The notes under the pieces: model-generated
What the model was told of the DNA's origin: nothing
The model's input: the letters and a program-made list of their open reading frames with translations, nothing else
Database searches by the model: none
Shown here: positions 39,675 to 48,652 of the stretch, one piece after another
Position numbering within the stretch: position 1 is the first letter of the stretch
How the letters are laid out: each line of letters begins with the position of its first letter
Source of the DNA: Candidatus Campbellbacteria bacterium
GTDB taxonomy: Bacteria; Patescibacteriota; Minisyncoccia; Phycocordibacterales; EsbW-18
Direction of reading: 5' to 3'
DNA: 64,000 nucleotides
Assembly (NCBI GenBank): GCA_016699465.1
Contig: CP064977.1
Span: forward strand, 333,668-397,667
Program-made: the position numbers and the translations under genes

Positions 39675-41474
39675 TTATTGTACCATGGGAGTATCTTGTT
39701 CTGGTGCATTTTCGTCAACAAACGAATCGTCCGCAGTATCATACAAACCTCCTAGTGTATTAACTTCTTCAAATGGTACCTCCCCACGCATACTTTTCAT
39801 GAGCGCATCTTCACGCATAGTAATCATACCGTGTGCACGAGCAGCGGCAAACAATTTTGGTTCAACGGGATCCGTCAAAATAATGTGCTCGAGTTCTTTG
39901 GTCATTTCAGCAACTTCAAAAACAGCAACACGCCCACGCGTTCCGTTTGGACAATCATCCGTTGATTGCAATCCATAAAATTCACTCGACGGCGGTATTT
40001 CTGAACGATACTCTTTTGGCAAATCAGCGAACTGTTTTTCAAACATTGATTTCAGGCCACCATCAATTGGCATTTTCTTTCCTGAGTCAGGACACAATTT
40101 ACGCACAAGACGTTGTGCCATTGTTAAGATGAGCGTTGGGCCAATAAGAAACGGATCAACACCCATATCGATAAGACGTGGAATAGCACCCATGGCATTG
40201 TTGGTGTGGATAGTTGAAAACACAAGGTGACCGGTGAGCGCCGCCTGCACTGCAAGTTGCGCTGTTTCTTTATCTCGAATTTCTCCCACCATGATGATGT
40301 CTGGATCTTGTCGAAGTGTTGTGCGAAGTCCTGACGCAAACGTGTATCCAATTTCTGGACGCACCTGCGATTGGTTCATTCCTGAAATACTGTATTCAAC
40401 TGGGTCTTCAAGAGAAAGAACGTTTTGTGTTTCTCGGTCAACTTCTTGCAACATCGAATAGAGCGTCGTTGATTTTCCTGAACCTGTTGGACCAGAAATA
40501 AGAATGAGTCCGTACGGTCGCGTAATCGCATTGCGAATTATTTTGAGATTACGCTCTGAAAAACCAATCTGCGAGAGGGGCAACACGCCTTTTTCTGAAT
40601 CGAGAATACGCAACACCACCTTTTCTCCATAGTACGCAGGAAATGTTGAGACACGGAAATCTATTTTACGACCTGCAATGCGTGCCGAAAATCGATTGTC
40701 TTGTGGCTTGCGCTTTTCATCAAGCTTCATGTTACAGAGAATTTTGATACGCGCGACGATTGCTTGATGTACCGAAAGCGGTAGTGTGAGGTTTGTCGAG
40801 AGCGCACCATCAACTCGAAAACGAACTTTTACACTTTCCGCGGTTGGCTCAATGTGAATATCTGACGCATCTCCTTCAATGGCATGCTTGAGAATCGTCG
40901 CCACAATTTTTGTTACAGGAGCATCTTCAACAAGTTGTGTTTCGCCGGTATCTTTATCTCGCTTGCCTGCTTCTTGTAATTTACGAGACAGCTCCTCCTC
41001 TTCTTCACTAAGCTCTGTCTCCAAATCAGTGAGTGCCTTGGTCACCTCCCCCGTCAATCCTTGATAATTTTTGAGAATATTTTCAAAATCAGTTTGCGAT
41101 ATCAAAAAAAGTTTATAGGGCATCGATATCTTTGTCGCAATAAATTGTAACGCATCACGCGCCTCAACGTTATCAGGATCAACAATACCAACTTCAAGTG
41201 CCCCATCTACAATAGCAAGTGGCGCAATTTGATAATGCTGAGCTGACTCCTCAGGAATATACCGCAGCGTTTCGAATGAAATTGGTGCTGTAATTGCTTT
41301 TGTAGGAAGACCAAAATACACACCCTTTGCCTGAAGAATTTCTTCTGACAGTACGCCATGGGCACGCGCAATATCCTCAACACTTTTTCCTGTTGTTTGT
41401 GCCTCTTTTTCAAAAGCACCTACAGACGATTCGTCAATAACACCTTTTTGTGCAAGTTCATTTAAAAAAGACAT
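39675..41474 (-). CDS. pilB: Type IV pilus assembly ATPase PilB (GspE family)
   Basis: N-terminal GspII-like domains, Walker A GPTGSGKSTT and the tetracysteine motif (CPDSGKK...CPNGTRG), 599 aa. Confidence 0.9.
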   Translation of the reverse strand: MSFLNELAQKGVIDESSVGAFEKEAQTTGKSVEDIARAHGVLSEEILQAKGVYFGLPTKAITAPISFETLRYIPEESAQHYQIAPLAIVDGALEVGIVDPDNVEARDALQFIATKISMPYKLFLISQTDFENILKNYQGLTGEVTKALTDLETELSEEEEELSRKLQEAGKRDKDTGETQLVEDAPVTKIVATILKHAIEGDASDIHIEPTAESVKVRFRVDGALSTNLTLPLSVHQAIVARIKILCNMKLDEKRKPQDNRFSARIAGRKIDFRVSTFPAYYGEKVVLRILDSEKGVLPLSQIGFSERNLKIIRNAITRPYGLILISGPTGSGKSTTLYSMLQEVDRETQNVLSLEDPVEYSISGMNQSQVRPEIGYTFASGLRTTLRQDPDIIMVGEIRDKETAQLAVQAALTGHLVFSTIHTNNAMGAIPRLIDMGVDPFLIGPTLILTMAQRLVRKLCPDSGKKMPIDGGLKSMFEKQFADLPKEYRSEIPPSSEFYGLQSTDDCPNGTRGRVAVFEVAEMTKELEHIILTDPVEPKLFAAARAHGMITMREDALMKSMRGEVPFEEVNTLGGLYDTADDSFVDENAPEQDTPMVQ

Positions 41475-41500
41475 AGTTGTTCGATGAATAGACCTCAGTA

Positions 41501-41854
41501 TTACAGACCTGTTTTCGCCACACTCGACGTTCCTTGTTGTGTATTCGCCGACACACCATCAGAACCAATAGGAGCAAAAGGATTTGGTCGCTGTCGCGGT
41601 TCAGGTGCAAGGTTAACTGAAAAATCTGTCAGCGAAAGAAAGAGTTGATCCGTAAAAAATGCACCATTGAGTTTAATCGCATTGAGCTGTGAAAGTAAAG
41701 CAAGGAGTTCACTATCTTGACCAGACAGAGCCGCTGCTGCTGTCGTTGTTGCTGAAAGAGGAGCTTCCGCCTTTGGTTTAAATACCATATACACAACAAA
41801 CAAGACGAGAATACCGAGAACAATACCAATGATTTTTTTATATTTTTCAAACAT
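41501..41854 (-). CDS. Small single-TM pilus-locus protein (PilP-like?)
   Basis: N-terminal TM IIGIVLGILVLFVVYMVF; located between pilO and pilB. Confidence 0.35.
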   Translation of the reverse strand: MFEKYKKIIGIVLGILVLFVVYMVFKPKAEAPLSATTTAAAALSGQDSELLALLSQLNAIKLNGAFFTDQLFLSLTDFSVNLAPEPRQRPNPFAPIGSDGVSANTQQGTSSVAKTGL

Positions 41855-41860
41855 GTGTGT

Positions 41861-42409
41861 TTAACGAAGCCAATATGTTTTGGCACGAATTGAATACGTT
41901 GCTATTCCGGTAATAGGATTCGTTTCTCCAAGTGTCACCGAATCCACATCAATCAACCGCAAACTATTTTCAAGCTCCCCGAGGAATGACTTGAATCGTT
42001 CATACGTTGTTGACACATTGAATGAAACCGAAATAGTACCGTACGCACTTTCTTGTGGACCTATTCCTGTTTTTTTAGTTCCCGCATCTGTAGCACCATC
42101 AACTGCTATATTGAGAACCGTAAGGCCATGTCTACGCGCAATGGCATTTATATCAATAATGAGACGAACGGTATCAATGGTGTCTGGAATGAGTGTATCC
42201 AAACGGCGTAACTCATCTTGTGAAAATGAGTTATATGTATCTTTGAGTGAATCCCGTAACGTTGCAAGACTTGCCGCTTTTGCCAATGCGTCATCGTACT
42301 GTGCAATTTCTGTGCGAACACTTTTTGTTGCAACATATCTACCGTTGGTAAAACCAAAAAAGATACCAAGGGAAAGAAGTATGAAAATGATGCTTGAAAT
42401 AAAACGCAT
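41861..42409 (-). CDS. pilO: PilO-like type IV pilus inner-membrane alignment protein
   Basis: Single N-terminal TM, a coiled coil and a C-terminal alpha/beta domain; lies between pilN and pilB. Start set at MRFISSIIF. Confidence 0.5.
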   Translation of the reverse strand: MRFISSIIFILLSLGIFFGFTNGRYVATKSVRTEIAQYDDALAKAASLATLRDSLKDTYNSFSQDELRRLDTLIPDTIDTVRLIIDINAIARRHGLTVLNIAVDGATDAGTKKTGIGPQESAYGTISVSFNVSTTYERFKSFLGELENSLRLIDVDSVTLGETNPITGIATYSIRAKTYWLR

Positions 42410-42419
42410 AATTTGTATA

Positions 42420-43118
42420 TTACCCACCAATGACTGTTTCTGCTCCCTGCGACGTTGTTGTTGCACTCGATGACGCGGCTGTTGTAACTGCAACTGGAGC
42501 AGGTTCGGTTACTGGTATTGAAACCTGCGCTGCGCCAGCACCTCGCTCTTTTCGATCAACAAAAGAAACAACGGACGGATTCACGATGGCAGAAACTGCA
42601 AAATTAACATTACCTCGATCGTTTAATTGAAAATTAGAGAACACAGATTCACTCAACGAACTACTTTTTCCAAACTCATCTGACTGCAGCGCAACTGATG
42701 AAAATGATTGCCCTTCCCCCTGAAGCTTAATTGCTATTCCTTCGGGAGTTTGTATGTATGAGAGATTTGTAAAGCGAACCGTTTTAAGTGTTAACTCTTG
42801 GAGTAATTCAAAAATACCAGAGACCGATACGTGGTCCTGTAACAATGTCTGTGCCACGGTCAATTTTCGATCTAGACGCGCCATGTCACGAATAAGTTCT
42901 GGGGCAAACGAATCACGTTGTTTTTGTAAGCTTTCTTTTCTACCCACCAATGCACTCGCAAGATATTTTTCATATAACAAAACACCACCAATAGAGAGTA
43001 GCGAAAGTACAAGCATGACACCACTAATCACCATAAGTATTCCTGAACCAGAAACACTGCTACTTTTTTGCTCAATTACCTTTTTGGGAATGAATGATGT
43101 TTGAAATTGTTCTGCCAT
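42420..43118 (-). CDS. pilN: PilN-like type IV pilus inner-membrane protein
   Basis: Short cytoplasmic N-terminus, a TM (ILMVISGVMLVLSLLSIGGVLL) and a periplasmic coiled-coil/ferredoxin-like part; directly downstream of pilM. Start set at MAEQFQ. Confidence 0.5.
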   Translation of the reverse strand: MAEQFQTSFIPKKVIEQKSSSVSGSGILMVISGVMLVLSLLSIGGVLLYEKYLASALVGRKESLQKQRDSFAPELIRDMARLDRKLTVAQTLLQDHVSVSGIFELLQELTLKTVRFTNLSYIQTPEGIAIKLQGEGQSFSSVALQSDEFGKSSSLSESVFSNFQLNDRGNVNFAVSAIVNPSVVSFVDRKERGAGAAQVSIPVTEPAPVAVTTAASSSATTTSQGAETVIGG

Positions 43119-43192
43119 AATATAGTAGAGGTTGTGAGTTAGGAGCGAGAGATTGGTGATTGGTTTGAGAGATTTGGAAGATATAAACACAC
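43119..43192. repeat. Near C-free (plus-strand) intergenic spacer of the same motif family, between pilM and pilN
   Basis: atatagtagaggttgtgagttaggagcgagagattggtgattggtttgagagatttggaag has a single C. Confidence 0.45.
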
Positions 43193-43339
43193 TACAGATA
43201 TAGTATAAACTACGAAGCCCTCATGCACGACTATCACTGTGTATAAACCATACTTGTACCTACTCCAGCTCCTCGACTCGGAAATAAAAATAAATACACT
43301 TTTATTTCTCTTCCCTTTCGTCACGAGCAACGTTCATAC

Positions 43340-44467
43340 CTATCCCTGCTCTTCAAGTCGTCGTAATGCAACACCAACAGCAACATCAAACTCAGGACCC
43401 ACTTTACGTAACACCTCCTCGAGAAATGCTGGCGACTCAACTTTTCTAAACGGATTTGAAACAGAAATATCTGCCTGAAAAATATCCCGCGCACGTTCGT
43501 TCATCCCAGGAATGACCACCCCTCCACCAGTCAAAATAACCCTACCAATATTGCGTGCATGTTTACGCTGGTATGACAACATAATGTGCTGTGCTTCCGC
43601 GAAAATCGAATCAACAACAATGGACACGATCTGACCAACGTCAGCATTTGGACCCTCCTTAATCACCCCATATGTGCGCTTCATTTCATCTGCTTTCTTT
43701 TCATCGATACCAAGCCCTTTTGTGAGAGCAAGTGTTATTTCTTGAGAACCTCGACTAATCACGTGAGATTCACGAAGCACTTTTCTATCTACAATATAAA
43801 TTTTGGTTGTTGCTGCACCTAATCCAAGAATCATTGTTGGTGCCAACTCTTCTTCAAGAGCGGCACGAATGGTACTGAACACTTCAATTTCAAAAAAGCT
43901 TGCGTTCAAATTCGCCTTCTGCACAACAGTGTTATATTTTTCAATCGTTTCTTTGTGAATAGCAACTGCCAATATTTCAACTTTCTTTATTTTTGTATCA
44001 TCGACAGGCTGCTCTGTTCTATCTTGTGCTTCAACTTTTGGAACAATGCGCCAATCAATCATCACTTCGTTGATACTTACAGGAACATACTTGCGCAATT
44101 CAATAGGAACCATCTCGTGCAATCGCGCTTCGCCGACATCAGGCATTTCAATCACGTTAATTAAACTTGCAGATAGTGGAATAGCCACGCCGCATAAATT
44201 AGTGCTTACTTTTGATTCTTTCATCAAATCCGCAACCGCTTCACCAAGTTTTTCGGCTGAAAGATTTGTCGCCTTCCCCGAATCAACTCCAGCGTACGGA
44301 CCAAGCGCCAACTCACCGTACGTTTCAAGAACAGCACGGCCATGCTTTCGTCCAAGTTGGACGACTTTTATTGTTGATGAGCTCACATCAAGCCCAATGA
44401 CACTTCCCCCTTTTGGTTTAAAGAGGTCGCCTGTAATGTTTTTGAGTATATCTGAAAAAGGGGACAT
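43340..44467 (-). CDS. pilM: Type IV pilus assembly protein PilM (actin-like ATPase)
   Basis: 375-aa actin/FtsA-like fold pattern (VIGLDVSSSTIKVVQL...ILGLGAATTKIYIV...). First gene of the cluster. Confidence 0.8.
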   Translation of the reverse strand: MSPFSDILKNITGDLFKPKGGSVIGLDVSSSTIKVVQLGRKHGRAVLETYGELALGPYAGVDSGKATNLSAEKLGEAVADLMKESKVSTNLCGVAIPLSASLINVIEMPDVGEARLHEMVPIELRKYVPVSINEVMIDWRIVPKVEAQDRTEQPVDDTKIKKVEILAVAIHKETIEKYNTVVQKANLNASFFEIEVFSTIRAALEEELAPTMILGLGAATTKIYIVDRKVLRESHVISRGSQEITLALTKGLGIDEKKADEMKRTYGVIKEGPNADVGQIVSIVVDSIFAEAQHIMLSYQRKHARNIGRVILTGGGVVIPGMNERARDIFQADISVSNPFRKVESPAFLEEVLRKVGPEFDVAVGVALRRLEEQG

Positions 44468-44508
44468 TTTATCCGTTCGTTATGTTTGTAGTATAGCATT
44501 TCCCTCGC

Positions 44509-45192
44509 ATGAAAAACACCGTAATACCTCTTTTACGACGCTGTATACATGCATGTTTGGGCATTATCTTCTCTCGTGACGCATTTTCGAGACGTCTTGC
44601 CGAGGAGGCCACCCCTGAAACAATTACATCGTATGCGCGTCTCTACACTAACGGAGACCCACCAAACCTTCCCCATAGCCACATTCTCTACGCGTACCGT
44701 GATCCATTCGTACGAAGTGCACTTCATGCAGCAAAATACAGAAATCGGACAGATCTCTGTGTTCTTTTTGGTGAACTGTTGTGGTACACGTTTGGAGAAG
44801 AACTTTCAACTGAAAGTTTACTCAACGGAACCCCGTGGCTCGTTATTCCTATCCCACTTTCAAAACGACATCGTCGAGTGCGCGGATACAATCAAACAGA
44901 ACACATTGCAGAAGGCTTTTTAAAATATGCCGACGTGCGCGCGTTTGTCTTTTCACCACATTCCCTTCTCATGACACCATCGCACACACACCAAACGCAC
45001 ACGCTCCGAAAAATAGAACGACTCAAAAATAGTATTGGCTCATTCACCGTATCCGACAATGCGGCCATTCAAGGAAAAACAATCATTCTTATTGATGACG
45101 TCATCACCACCGGTGCGACACTCCGCGAAGCCTCGCGAGTACTATACGCAGCAGGTGCGCGACTCATTCACTATCTTGCTGTCGCACACTAG
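44509..45192 (+). CDS. comFC: ComF-family protein (ComFC-like phosphoribosyltransferase domain)
   Basis: The C-terminal PRTase motif TIILIDDVITTGATLREAS is present. The gene is divergent from pilM. Confidence 0.65.
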   Translation: MKNTVIPLLRRCIHACLGIIFSRDAFSRRLAEEATPETITSYARLYTNGDPPNLPHSHILYAYRDPFVRSALHAAKYRNRTDLCVLFGELLWYTFGEELSTESLLNGTPWLVIPIPLSKRHRRVRGYNQTEHIAEGFLKYADVRAFVFSPHSLLMTPSHTHQTHTLRKIERLKNSIGSFTVSDNAAIQGKTIILIDDVITTGATLREASRVLYAAGARLIHYLAVAH

Positions 45193-45632
45193 TGCCAAAG
45201 CATGAGAATAACACCAGACACAACGAGTGCGAGTAACACGTATCCAACGTTGATGAAGTAATATGCCCATGTTTTTCGCTCCCAAAGTTTCATTCCCAAC
45301 ATACACGGTGCAACAAATCCAATCCACATCCAGAACGCTGTTGTTATACCATCCATAACCCCATATGCCCCCATGTAAAACAACACACGTGCCAAAACGC
45401 CTGCCATCAAAACAAGCCCGACAAAATATATCAACATTGTTTGTGCCATCATTTTTTTATCAGTTGCCATTTGTTGATGGTACTCATCCGGAAGTCCGCT
45501 GAGTGCCCGCCACTGACGACCAAAAAGAAAATTACTGTACCATGCCCACGCAAGAAAAAGAGACACACCTCCTGCTAGAAAAACTGCTAGAAAATTTATA
45601 TACATATACAAGCAATTAATTGCTAATATCAA
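45189..45632 (-). CDS. Hypothetical 4-TM membrane protein
   Basis: Hydrophobic throughout; no motif recognised. Confidence 0.35.
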   Translation of the reverse strand: MILAINCLYMYINFLAVFLAGGVSLFLAWAWYSNFLFGRQWRALSGLPDEYHQQMATDKKMMAQTMLIYFVGLVLMAGVLARVLFYMGAYGVMDGITTAFWMWIGFVAPCMLGMKLWERKTWAYYFINVGYVLLALVVSGVILMLWH

Positions 45633-45697
45633 ATGTCAAAAAATATATTTAATACTCTTTGCTGACCTTACTATCAGTATAGCAAATGCACTATCTA

Positions 45698-45732
45698 CAT
45701 AAACAGGTGTCCTGCATGCAGGACACCTGTTT
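45698..45732. terminator. Perfect palindromic intrinsic terminator
   Basis: aaacaggtgtcctgca-tgcaggacacctgttt. Confidence 0.65.
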
Positions 45733-45756
45733 ACTCACGTAAAAATGTAAAGCCAC

Positions 45757-46410
45757 CTACTGCTGACAAAATGTTGCTTCACACTGAATTTTGTCCTCCC
45801 CCGTAAGTGCAGAACACGAACCACACATAGAACTTGGTGCGCCAAAACTTTTTCCTAGATCAGATAAATCTACGAATGTAACATCTGATGGAGGTGTGAA
45901 AACACCATCATCACCAGACCAACGATCACATTTCATTTGAAGATTCTTTCCAAAATCAACTTGTGACGCTTGTCCTGTTGGAATATTTTCTGATGGTGCT
46001 GGTGCATCCTTCACAACAGCCATTTTTAATCCCTGTCGTGTACCATCATCAGACCACATGTACTGAAATTCGCCATCAATAAGCATATTTGACTGCACTT
46101 TCTTACCGCCCATCATTGACGCATTTTCCATGTACATCTTTTTTCCGTCGTAATACACCGTACTTGTTTGTTCAAAACCCTCACTCGCCATTGAGTACTG
46201 ACATTTCGCTGGTGTTCCGCGAGACATCAAATCACTAAGTGACGAAATACCATCTAAACCACCGAGAGGTCCACCAAGAGGCGACCTTCCTCGAGAAAAC
46301 ATAAATCCCCCAACCAGAAGCACTACGATACCAATTCCAATAATAAGACCTTTCTTTCCTCCTTTCGAAGAACTTCCAGAAACTTGCGTATTTGTTGTAT
46401 TTTCTTCCAT
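45757..46410 (-). CDS. Hypothetical membrane-anchored secreted protein (Cys-containing C-terminal domain)
   Basis: N-terminal TM LIIGIGIVVLLVGGFMF and a C-terminal region with 8 Cys. Confidence 0.4.
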   Translation of the reverse strand: MEENTTNTQVSGSSSKGGKKGLIIGIGIVVLLVGGFMFSRGRSPLGGPLGGLDGISSLSDLMSRGTPAKCQYSMASEGFEQTSTVYYDGKKMYMENASMMGGKKVQSNMLIDGEFQYMWSDDGTRQGLKMAVVKDAPAPSENIPTGQASQVDFGKNLQMKCDRWSGDDGVFTPPSDVTFVDLSDLGKSFGAPSSMCGSCSALTGEDKIQCEATFCQQ

Positions 46411-46532
46411 ACGATTTTACAAAATCGCGTCGCACAATTGTTGATTGTACGAAATCATGTCACGTACCGCCAATTGAGGTGTGACACAACGCGCGACGTA
46501 ATTTATCTAATAATTATTTTGTAATGTCTTCT

Positions 46533-46796
46533 TTATTCTTTATTCTTTTTTCTTCCAAAAAATCTCTGGTATGTCGGCGATGTCTGAGACCATTCGTGTA
46601 GTTTCTTTTGCAACAACAAACGGATACCAAGAATCTCAAGCCCAATAACAATCGCCCACAAACCCGGCACCAATGGTATCAAATGTAGGACAAAACCGAA
46701 AACAATAAGTGAAACCCCAGCCACTATTCTTAGTGTGGATGTTTTTCTAATTTTTTCAAATAGTTCGTACATGACAGAATGCACTCTGTATACCAC
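46533..46796 (-). CDS. Small two-TM membrane protein
   Basis: LIVFGFVLHLIPLVPGLWAIVIGLEILGI. Confidence 0.3.
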   Translation of the reverse strand: MVYRVHSVMYELFEKIRKTSTLRIVAGVSLIVFGFVLHLIPLVPGLWAIVIGLEILGIRLLLQKKLHEWSQTSPTYQRFFGRKKNKE

Positions 46797-46814
46797 ACAC
46801 CCAGACTTTTTATA

Positions 46815-47264
46815 TTACTTATGCAACAATTCCTCAATCTTTTTTGATCTGACATTTATTTCGTGAATTTCATCCTGCGTCTCATAGTTCTCTGCCAAAT
46901 CGTCTTGTATCTCCTCTTCGGTCTTTTCGACTATCTTTTTTTCTTTCTTCAATCCAGAAATAATAATTTCGTTACCAATAAAACTTGTAACAAATAATCC
47001 CACCATAAGAAGCAAGACCGTCCCGATGGCTATCGACAATGGACCATCCCACCATGGCAATTGCGATATACTTGTACTTGAAACACTGGCGCCAGTTACA
47101 AAAAAGAATTCCATGAAGGTATCCATCGTATGCCACACACCTCGCCAAAAAATAACAATTCCCGTTCCACCTATAAAAGCATACACAATTGGATAATGAC
47201 TCAGTTTGACACGCACTGTATCTTCAAGTTTGTCCCCAAGGGAATATAATTTTTTAAATAACAT
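46815..47264 (-). CDS. Hypothetical membrane protein with an acidic C-terminal tail
   Basis: Two to three TM helices and a charged C-terminus; it is the last host-like gene before the compositional shift. Start set at MLFKKLYSL. Confidence 0.35.
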   Translation of the reverse strand: MLFKKLYSLGDKLEDTVRVKLSHYPIVYAFIGGTGIVIFWRGVWHTMDTFMEFFFVTGASVSSTSISQLPWWDGPLSIAIGTVLLLMVGLFVTSFIGNEIIISGLKKEKKIVEKTEEEIQDDLAENYETQDEIHEINVRSKKIEELLHK

Positions 47265-47589
47265 ACGGATAGTATAGCAAAAAAGAACGCCCATACGAGT
47301 GGGTGTCTTTTTATTGGGTGAACGTGATTCGGCCAAGCGCTCACTCGTCGCCGTCGCTCCTCGCTCCGCTCAGCCCTGTTCGCACGACACGTTCTACTGA
47401 ACGCGTATCCGTGCCCACTTTCGAATCCCTCCCTCTCTTGCAAAAAGCAAAGTCGCGCAATACATACGTATTGCGCTCCTTGTTTTGCGGTGACGATGTC
47501 CCGAAGTTAGAACCTATTAGGTCGCTTCATTACACTCGTGTTGATAAAATTGTACGTGATTTAAGGCGAATTTACAAGGAAAATCCGGC

Positions 47590-47844
47590 CTATTTTGACG
47601 TTCCGGCTTTCGCAGGGCAGGTGGGCGAGCGCTGGCCGCAGCTTCCTCGGGCATCCTCGATTAATCTCTGTTCTTTGAGGTATCGGGTTACCGAATACCA
47701 CCCGGCATTGATCACCGGGATCAATAATGCCCAACGGGGGTCATTCTCGGCATAGGCTATCAGTATCGGCAGGATTGCTGATACTGCGGAGTAAAAGAAC
47801 ACGATCGCAAGGTGCTTCAGGGCTTCTTTTTGTGGTGTTGTCAT
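47590..47844 (-). CDS. Holin-like small two-TM protein (last gene of the lysis cassette)
   Basis: 84 aa with two hydrophobic helices (LAIVFFYSAVSAILPILIAY and WALLIPVINAGWYSV) and a charged C-terminus; adjacent to the endolysin. Confidence 0.4.
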   Translation of the reverse strand: MTTPQKEALKHLAIVFFYSAVSAILPILIAYAENDPRWALLIPVINAGWYSVTRYLKEQRLIEDARGSCGQRSPTCPAKAGTSK

Positions 47845-47849
47845 AGTGG

Positions 47850-48416
47850 TTAAAATGCTCGCTTAATAATTTCCAATCCTTCCTCGATTTTCCTCACACC
47901 ATCCTCGATAGAGGGATTGGCTGTCTGTTGGCCGGCAAGGGCTACCAGTTCGTCGAGAATCTGTTTGTTGCTCGCCGGACAGTTTGGTTTCTTTGAGAAG
48001 ATCTCAAAGTGGCCAACGATGTGATTCCGGTCGATTGGAATCTGCCATCGCTGGCAAATTTCTCGGATCAAGGTTGCACTTGATTGCTTCATAGAGTCAG
48101 TCCATACATCGTTTGGCTTACCCTCGTGTTCGATCCCGATCGTATAAAGGTTCGGGTTCACATTCGGTTTTATAAGCTTCCAGAGAGGTGCATCGACACG
48201 ACCGGCGTGCCAGGCGGAATCGTTTTCTTGCACATACTGGTGGACTTCGCCGCCTCTCCCAATCCCGTAATGTGCGCTTACTTGAGATGAAGTGTTTGCA
48301 AACCATGAATCGGTGCCAATGAGCGTGCCGTCCATGATGTGAATGACAACGCCCTCTGGCCGGTAACCTTTGCGACCAGACCAGAAGTTCGGGGATTTCT
48401 TTTGAATGATGTTCAT
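47850..48416 (-). CDS. N-acetylmuramoyl-L-alanine amidase (Amidase_2/PGRP fold) endolysin
   Basis: GVVIHIMDGTL...HYGIGRGGEVHQYVQENDSAWHAG...IGIEHEG...NHIVGHFEIFSKKPNCP shows the Zn-binding His/His/Cys pattern of T7-lysozyme/PGRP amidases. Confidence 0.8.
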   Translation of the reverse strand: MNIIQKKSPNFWSGRKGYRPEGVVIHIMDGTLIGTDSWFANTSSQVSAHYGIGRGGEVHQYVQENDSAWHAGRVDAPLWKLIKPNVNPNLYTIGIEHEGKPNDVWTDSMKQSSATLIREICQRWQIPIDRNHIVGHFEIFSKKPNCPASNKQILDELVALAGQQTANPSIEDGVRKIEEGLEIIKRAF

Positions 48417-48420
48417 AGAT

Positions 48421-48648
48421 TTATTTGTTAATGGTTAGTAGTAAATTGATGATGGCTGTGATCAGACCTCCCACCGATGCGGTGGCAACAATCCAGAAAA
48501 ATCGTTTGACCCAATCGACGTCCGTACCGACCTTTGTTAGTTCGGTCTGTATGTGTGGAAGATGATTGTCTTTGATTTCGTTGACGGAATTTTCCAGTCG
48601 ATTCAAGCGTTCATCCTGTATTTGGTTTTGGTAGTTATCTTTGTCCAT
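48421..48648 (-). CDS. Small coiled-coil protein with a C-terminal TM (holin/spanin-like candidate)
   Basis: MDKDNYQNQIQDERLNRLENSVNEIKDNHLPHIQTELTKVGTDVDWVKRFFWIVATASVGGLITAIINLLLTINK. The track ORF extends to 48792. Confidence 0.35.
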   Translation of the reverse strand: MDKDNYQNQIQDERLNRLENSVNEIKDNHLPHIQTELTKVGTDVDWVKRFFWIVATASVGGLITAIINLLLTINK

Positions 48649-48652
48649 ATTG

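Noticed and set aside
47303-47755. Plus-strand ORF of 150 aa spanning the host/phage junction
   Set aside because: It is GC-rich, Arg/Ser/Pro-biased and has no motifs. It overlaps the minus-strand holin-like gene and the non-coding junction. It is probably a compositional artefact.
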